Below are positions 57,070 to 64,000 of a stretch of DNA of 64,000 nt, in pieces. Both the position numbers and the translations under genes were made by a program. The DNA comes from Eledone cirrhosa (lineage: Eukaryota). The DNA lies in assembly GCA_964016885.1 (NCBI GenBank), contig OZ024756.1:26164001-26228000 (forward strand), read 5' to 3'. The notes beneath the pieces are model-generated. The model was given only the letters and a program-made list of their open reading frames with translations. It was not told the origin of the DNA and searched no databases. Each line of letters begins with the position of its first letter. Positions within the stretch are counted from its first letter, which is position 1.

Positions 57070-57370
57070 TTTAGATAGATAGATATATTTCTTTATTAGC
57101 CACAAGGGCACAAAAAGAAGGGGACAATTACAATAGGGGAAGTTTACATTCAATAAAAACGTGAAAACAATATCACAGATGAAGATTAAAGAAAAACAAT
57201 CGATTTTCCCCAATAGGGGGGAGACATTAACTATGGGTGACACATACCCCCGAAAAAAAATGTTCGACCATCATTTCCAGGAGTACGAAGAGTGAGCACT
57301 CCTTTCCTCTCTTCCTCCTCTTCCTCAACCTACAGGCTGATATAGAGAGAAGGCCCATTCACCCGGGCCG
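57070..57370 (-). mobile_element. Tx1-like LINE 3' fragment between GATA repeats
   Basis: tagatagatagata-tatttctttattagccac...gaaggcccattcacccgggccg-tagatagata. Confidence 0.82.
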
Positions 57371-57380
57371 TAGATAGATA

Positions 57381-59014
57381 TGTTTCTTTTATTTGCCACC
57401 AGGGCATCAAAAGTGGGACAAGTACAATGGGGGGAGTTTACAAAACAAGGTGTCCTCAATAAGGAGGAGGCAATAACAATATATAAAAATAAAATAAAAT
57501 ATAACAAAAAATAAAATTTATAACAAAGTCCTCAATAGAGAGGAGGCGCCTTGGGGGGTCGCACACACCCCCGAAAAAAGTGTGCAACCCTTCTCCTCAG
57601 GAGCACAGAGAAGGGGTGCTCCCTTGGTCTTTCATCTTCCTCACCTATAGTCTGATGTAGAGTGAAGGCCCATTCACACGGGCCATTCTCGCCACTTTCA
57701 CCCATCTTTCATAGAAACGGCTGGGGTGCAGCACCTCTCTCTCCATCCTGATCCTTCTTCCGAAATGATATCGGAAGAAACGGACCAGTTGTTGGCCAGA
57801 GAGAAAGGTGTCTGACCTCAGTCCTTTCAGACGCGTCCACCATACAACCTCTTTCGCCATGGCTATTACGCACAGAAACACCGCCTCTCCTTCGTTTTTG
57901 AAGAGGGGAGGCGGCTTGATCGTTACAATAGACTCGGTGGTCAACCGGATCGGTCCCACCCTTGACAGCAGTTGTTCGACATAGCCCCACAGATCGGCAA
58001 TGCCCGAGCAGTGTACCAATGCGTGTGCAACGGTTTCCTCGTCACACACGCATCTGGGACAGACCTTTTTCGATGGGTCCCTACCCGGGCGCCCGTGTCT
58101 GTAGAGCCTTTCTCGAACGGGCAGAGCCCTTCTGTAGCATTGCCAGGCCAGGGACCTCTGGAAGTTATCCATGGGTCCCGGGCTGAATGTCCTACCGAAC
58201 AGGTTGGCCAGTTCGTCTTCCTCCATGCCTAGGGCTTCTCCGAGGGCGTCGTCGCACCTGCTAACCACCAGCCCTCTATAGAATGACGAGGTGGATTCTA
58301 CACTGACAGCCGGGTCCTCCTGCCAGAGAGCCGTGAGCGCCTGGGCACACTCGGTGTGCCAGACGCCCAGTTTTCTCGGTCTTTGCTTGACCCAGGATTG
58401 CAGCTCGGTGAGTGAGACGAGTCTGGGAAAGGCTCGCCTCACAAACGGGGCCCACACCGGTTGACCGGAGAGGAATACCTGAAGGTGCCGTAGCCTTAAT
58501 GCGTGTTTACGTATCATCAGCCACGGCATCCCCAGCCCTCCTTTCGAAGGGTGTTGACAGCAGATGGATCTCCTCACCATAGGAGCCCGCTTCTTCCAAA
58601 GGAATTGGAAGAGTGCGCGCTCCATTTTGGCGAGCGTTTCCCTTGGGCAAGGCACCACGGTCAGGCGGTAGTAGATGACGGACGCTATATAAGTGTTCGC
58701 CACCTCCGCCCGACCTTTCAGGGACAGTTTGCACTCGGCCCACTTCTGGGTCAGTGCAAACACCCTGCTCGTCACCTCACCCCAGTTCTTCTCCACCTGG
58801 AGGTCTGGTCCGAACCAGACCCCGAGCAACTTCACCGGGCCCTCCGTCCAGCGCCCGACGACGCCATCGGAGGGCATCGATCTGCCCCTCCACGTGCCGA
58901 GTTGCAGACCGATCGACTTGTCCTGGTTCAGCTTAGCCCCTGTAAACCTTTCGTACTCCTCCAGTAAGGTGCCGATTGCCCCGATTTCCGAGGCCGTCGA
59001 CACCATTACTGCCG
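57381..59014 (-). mobile_element. 5'-truncated Tx1/L1-clade LINE with open ORF2 C-terminus (57645-59006, 453 aa) and 3' UTR
   Basis: GAKLNQDKS, VKLLGVWF, LSLKGRAEVAN, GGLG and the zf-RVT-type CPRC...EETVAHALVHC are diagnostic of L1/Tx1 ORF2. (GATA)n on both sides. Confidence 0.9.
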
Positions 59015-59015
59015 T

Positions 59016-59321
59016 AGATAGATAGATATACAGCTAGCTAGCTAGGTAAGTAGAAAAGCAGGTAGATAGATAGATATACAGCTAGCTAGCTAGGTAAGTA
59101 GAAAAGCAGGTAGATAGATAGATATACAGCTAGCTAGCTAGGTAAGTAGAAAAGCAGGTAGATAGATAGATATACAGCTAGCTAGCTAGGTAAGTAGAAA
59201 AGCAGGTAGATAGATAGATATACAGCTAGCTAGCTAGGTAAGTAGAAAAGCAGGTAGATAGATAGATATACAGCTAGCTAGCTAGGTAAGTAGAAAAGCA
59301 GGTAGATAGATAGATATACAG
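59016..59321. repeat. 48-bp minisatellite, ~6 identical copies
   Basis: Unit agatagatagatatacagctagctagctaggtaagtagaaaagcaggt. Confidence 0.95.
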
Positions 59322-59584
59322 CGAGATAGGTGGTAAGATAGATATATATATATAGAGATTTCTTTTTCTACTTTTGAAACAAGGCCAGCGAATACTCCAG
59401 TGCATTACTGGTATTTTATTTTATCGACCCCGTAAGGATGAAAGACAAAGTTAACCTCGGCGGATTTGAACTCAGAACGCAAAGGGCCATAACTCTATGC
59501 TGCAAAGCATGGCGTCTGACGCTCTACTGATACTGCCAAATATTTAGATATTTAGATAGATAGACAGATTGGTAGGAGATAAAT

Positions 59585-60293
59585 AGATAGATTTCTTTAT
59601 TTGCCACAAGGGCGCACAAGAAAAGGGGACAATACAAAGACACATGCCGGGGATTTTACATACAGTCGTGTAAAAAAGTTTTAACATGAAAATATAACAA
59701 TCGAAATCCCCAATAGTGGGGAGGCGTTACAAATGGATTGTTTTATACCCCGTAGACAGAACACCCCTCAACTCTAGGAGCACGTTGTGCAAGTGCTCCT
59801 TTCTTCTTTTCGCTCTCTTCCTCAACCTACAGGCTTATATACAAAGAAGGCCCAATCATCCGGGCCAATCTCGCCACATTCACCCACCTTTCAGTAAATT
59901 TACTGAGGTGCAGTACCTCTCTTTCCACTCTGATTCTCCTTCTAAAGTGGTATCTAAAGAAGGGAATGAGTTGTTGTCCGGAGAGAAAGGCATCTGTCCT
60001 CAGTCCTCTCAACCGTGTCCACCATATAACCTCTTTCACCATAGCCACCATACAGAGGAAAACCGTCTCTCCTTCGTTTTTAAATGAAGGTGGTGGTTTG
60101 ATGGACTCGGCATCAAACCTCCACCTTCTGGTTTTGTCCCACACGTGACAGCAGTTGTTCTGCGTAGTTCCACAGGTCAGTTACGCCCGGGAAGTGTACA
60201 ATTGCGTGGAGGACGGTTTCAATGTCCCGCTCGCATCTTGCACACGTCCTCTTTGAAGGATCCCTGCTGGGGCGTCCGTGCCTGTAGATCTTT
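59585..60293 (-). mobile_element. 5'-truncated, frameshifted Tx1-like LINE copy between GATA repeats
   Basis: ORF 59827-60144 (IKPPPSFKNEGETVFLCMVAMVKEVIWWTRL...GPSLYISL) is paralogous to 57645-59006. Confidence 0.88.
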
Positions 60294-60487
60294 TAGATAG
60301 ATAGATAGATAGACATCCGTCCATGAAATATTTTTTTGTGCGGATTTAGGGTTCGTGTAACAGACGGCTAAAATATCTAGTACAATTATTATTATAGAGA
60401 TTTTAATTTAAAACTCCATGTTAGACCATCGACTTTCCGGAAAACTTCAATAAAGTAACATAACAATTTATGACTGTTTCATTTATC

Positions 60488-60835
60488 TTTTTGATACCAA
60501 ACTGTCTGAAACCACTCCTGGTTCTATTATACAAAACTGTTTTTATTTTTATAAAGTGGTTCTATTTATCTAAAAACCATCTTTCATAATTTTATGTAAG
60601 AACCTTTGTTAAGTTATATTCCAATCACCAGCTTAAAATGAAAAAGGTAGTTATATTATTAAATCCTTCCAAAGTCTTGATTAATTTCAAAATCATATGA
60701 AAGTCAGTGAAACATCGTAACGAAAGGGTTAAAATGCTCCTATTTACCTAAAAACTTTCTCTTATAATTGTATATAACGGCCTTTGTTATGTTCTAAACA
60801 CCAGCTTAACCCCTTTGATACTAAATAACTGTTTC
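60488..60835. mobile_element. Decayed TTAA/CCCTTT-ended MITE fragments (piggyBac-like); related pieces at 6055-6200 and 21232-21470
   Basis: cttttgatacca..aaacca..ct.gttcta motif, cgaaagggttaa and ttaacccctttgatac ends. Confidence 0.4.
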
Positions 60836-62186
60836 TATGATCCAAACCTGAATACTCAGAACTTCGCACGTTTGTTTCATGAACAGGCTGTTTCGTTGAT
60901 CGAAGAACTGACTGATTCATCGTCGAAACCGACGGAGATCAATTCTATGTCATGTGAAAGTAGATTAAAAGCTGGTCTCTTGATATTTTGATTAATATTG
61001 GAATTTGAATTTAATTAAATATTTTCTCGCCCCCGATCCCATCCCGTCCTGAGATAATCTTCTTAATCAGTTTAAATTGAATGTCAATCGATTAAGATTT
61101 AATCAATTTTAAAGTCACCGAAATGGTCCGGCAAAATCGACTCCCCCCACCCTCACTACCTGCCACCAACACTGTAATCCTTTATTATTGCCGGACTAAG
61201 GATTTATGTGATTAAATTTCGTTTCAAATGAATACTTATATTGGTGCATACACACACATTAACACACACACACACACTAACACAAACACACACACACTAA
61301 CACACAAACACACAAACACTTTAATACACACACACACATACATCAACACACACACACACACACACTAACACACACACACTTGGGTTTTAGTTTAAGTGGA
61401 TGGCGGCGAATTGGTGGAGATATTAGAACATCGAATAGAATGCTTTGCAGTATTCTTTCTGGCGCTCTGAGTTCAACTTTGCTGATGGGAACTTTGCCTT
61501 TCCAGATCGATAAAAAAGTACGAGTTCAATACTGGGGTCGATGTGTCTTCTTCTATAGCTCTTTCTCATTTCCCCTCTCTTTCCTTTAAAAAAAAATGGC
61601 AAAGAAACGCTGTGTGCCCCTACGGTTCCCCTACGACCCCACCAGCAGTTATGGGGAAAACGATGAGCACTGGATACAGGTGTGGGGGACAAACGAAATA
61701 ATGTGCAGTTTGGGAGTATTTATATGAACAGTTTAACCTATTTCTGTATTACCTGTAGCTTCATAGAGATAAAGCCGTCTAACTCCTTCAGATGGCTTGA
61801 AATACAACGGGACTTGAGTTATATTATAAAGATATATCTGAAAGAAGCAATTCAATACAATCTATTTACTAATAATTATTTCTTATGCCAACATGAATTA
61901 AGTCAGTGTATATTTGAGATATTAACATTGTTAGCTTTGGTTTGATAATAGTTTTCCCTGCTTTGGTCACCATTCAACAACGACGATGAAAAGTAGATTG
62001 GCAACCTGCCAGTTCCTGACCAAGTAAGTACGGGAAAAGTGGATATATATGTATATATTCAGTGTGTGAGAGGTGCGGGTGAGGGGTGGGGGGTGGGGGG
62101 TGGGGGGTGGGGGTGGGGTGGCGTCTGAATATATATATATATATACGATATAAAACAAATGGAAACTACATTTATAAAACCATATT

Positions 62187-62252
62187 TATTTCATTATATA
62201 TATTTCAGGGATATCATATTAAAAATATGGTATGCCCTCTTCAGATAAAATA
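62187..62252 (-). ncRNA. Type I hammerhead ribozyme motif
   Basis: Minus strand reads TATTTTAT CTGAAGA GGG-C-ATA-C-CATATT-TTT-AATATG-A-TAT-C-CCT GAAA TATATA TA ATGAAATA. Confidence 0.82.
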
Positions 62253-62429
62253 CAATATATAAACAGTTTTATAAATAAATTTGACATACCTTAGAATTTT
62301 ACAACTTCCATTTAAAAAGTTGTTATGGTAGTGTTTTATATCGTAAAATACTCCAAAACTTGTTGAGTGCTTTTATATCAGTTATAAAATATTTACTCGT
62401 TGTAACCCAACAATTTTAAATAAAACTTT

Positions 62430-62505
<76 letters not shown>

Positions 62506-62549
62506 TTCCATATATATATAAAACACACACATATATATTTATATATATT

Positions 62550-63360
62550 CTAGCAGCAGTACCCAGCGTTGCCTGGGTAGGTAAAATAATATCTGCTTTG
62601 ATGAAAAGGTGTTGATCTTAGCCACTGCTTCTCGATGACTCATCTATGGCCACACACAGGCCATGCGGGGGAGGGTGGTGATGACCTCGATTACTGAGAA
62701 ACGCGGGAGACTGACGAAGGGGCATGCTGGGGGAGGGAGTTTCGAATTTGAACGAAATCGGTTGAAAAATGTGGGAGCTAGAGCCGAAAACGCGGAAATT
62801 TGAGCGAAAAGGTGGTATTTTCGAATATTTAATCGGCTTCCACGCCGTTCCTGAACAAAAAATCCAAAATGTAAAGCCACTTTAAGACGTTAAATAATCA
62901 GATCTAGCGTAGTGTAAAATTTGAACAAAGTAGGTTGATTAATGTGGGAGCTAGAACCGAAAAAGTGGAAAATTGAGTCTAAAAGTGGTACTTTTGAATA
63001 TTTAAGCGGTTGTCACGCCGTCCCTGAACAACAAATGCAAAATATAAAGCCATTACAGGGTGCGCAATGATAAATTCTATTTTGCTTTAAAATTTGAACG
63101 AAATCGGTGGCAAAATGTGGGAGCTAGAGCCAAAAATCTTATTTTTCGATACCTAAAAAAAGGTGACCCACCTTTTTTTATCGATTTTTATCTGCAGAAT
63201 GACCCCGGAATAAAAAAAACGATACGCTGATATATAGAAAACACTCCCCGATGACTAATCTATGAGCCTGTAAAGTTTCATGAAAATCGGTCGTAAGATG
63301 TAGGCCCCTATAGGTAATACACAGACACACAGACACACACACATACTTAATTTTATATAT
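62550..63360 (-). mobile_element. Non-autonomous Helitron
   Basis: Minus-strand 3' end has hairpin TACCCAG-gcaacg-CTGGGTA followed by CTAG (62550-62579). 5' region tataaaattaagtatgtgtgtgtctgtgtg. Three internal aatttgaac.aa.t.ggt....aatgtgggagctaga.cc repeats. Confidence 0.75.
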
Positions 63361-63437
63361 ATATATACATATATATATATATACAATCTTTTACCTGTTC
63401 AAGCCATCCGGCTGAGGCTATGGTGGGGCACCGCCCT

Positions 63438-63491
<54 letters not shown>

Positions 63492-63669
63492 CATATATGT
63501 ATATGTATATGTGTATATATATATATATATATAACCAAAAGTCTATATGGTTCGTTGATTCGTTGATTATTCAACGAATTCAATTTTACAATAGGTTAGA
63601 AGCACTCGACTACCGCTACAGGGATTGAAGGTTCAAGACCTTAGGGGTATGTCGTATAACCAATCTCTT

Positions 63670-63734
63670 ATATTTTATCTGATGAAAACGTACTGAAACA
63701 CCATTGTACCTTTGAAATATGTATAATAAAATAT
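63670..63734 (+). ncRNA. Type I hammerhead ribozyme motif (same family as 28022-28087)
   Basis: atattttat CTGATGA aaa-c-gtac..gtac-c-ttt GAAA tatgta TA ataaaatat, inside insert 63533-63785 between (TA)n tracts. Confidence 0.82.
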
Positions 63735-64000
63735 GTACTTTGGTTATGATAATATTTCTCATTTATTAATATTTTGAATATCATATATAAATATATATAT
63801 ATTTACATTCATTTGATGTATTGATTTATTAATATTTTATCTGAGTGTCCCGAATCTTCCATATCGCAATTTTTCGGTCGTATGGTTGATTGTAGACATA
63901 TTCTATGTGTGACGGTATTTTAACGATAGTTATAGCTCTGATTTATCTGAATTATTGAGCCCTCTGCCGCTCATATCGAATTTTGTTTATCGTGAACTCG

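Noticed and set aside
59016-59321. Repeated AG|GTAAGT donor and GCAG|G acceptor-like words in the 48-bp unit
   Set aside because: There is no polypyrimidine tract or open exon. The unit is a GATA-derived minisatellite at a LINE junction.

Overview
Eukaryotic, AT-rich, extremely microsatellite-dense animal DNA. The repeat repertoire (tRNA-derived SINEs, RTE/CR1/Tx1 LINE remnants, (TA)n/(CA)n/(GATA)n tracts) looks like a coleoid cephalopod such as Octopus, but this is an inference. The only host gene I can reconstruct is a minus-strand NAD-dependent isocitrate dehydrogenase gamma subunit (IDH3G): nine GT-AG, phase-consistent coding exons from 7993 down to 670 (933 nt, 311 codons), with the last exons lying left of the window. 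The remaining ~56 kb is non-coding: minisatellites, SINEs, a (GATA)n-associated Tx1-like LINE family, a bipartite RTE-derived element, a hAT MITE and Helitron remnants. The most striking unannotated signal is a dense set of short inserts in (TA)n tracts carrying type I hammerhead ribozyme motifs (CUGANGA-stem II-GAAA-short, often palindromic stem III-NUH). I count nine intact-core motifs at seven loci, two point-mutated relics, and at least seven long DNA hairpins/inverted repeats in which the 3' half of a hammerhead is folded back around stem II. These look like non-autonomous Penelope-like/retrozyme-type ends that generate an inverted repeat at each insertion. Nearly all ORFs in the supplied track are low-complexity artefacts. 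Coordinates were read by eye, and repeat boundaries may be off by a few bases.
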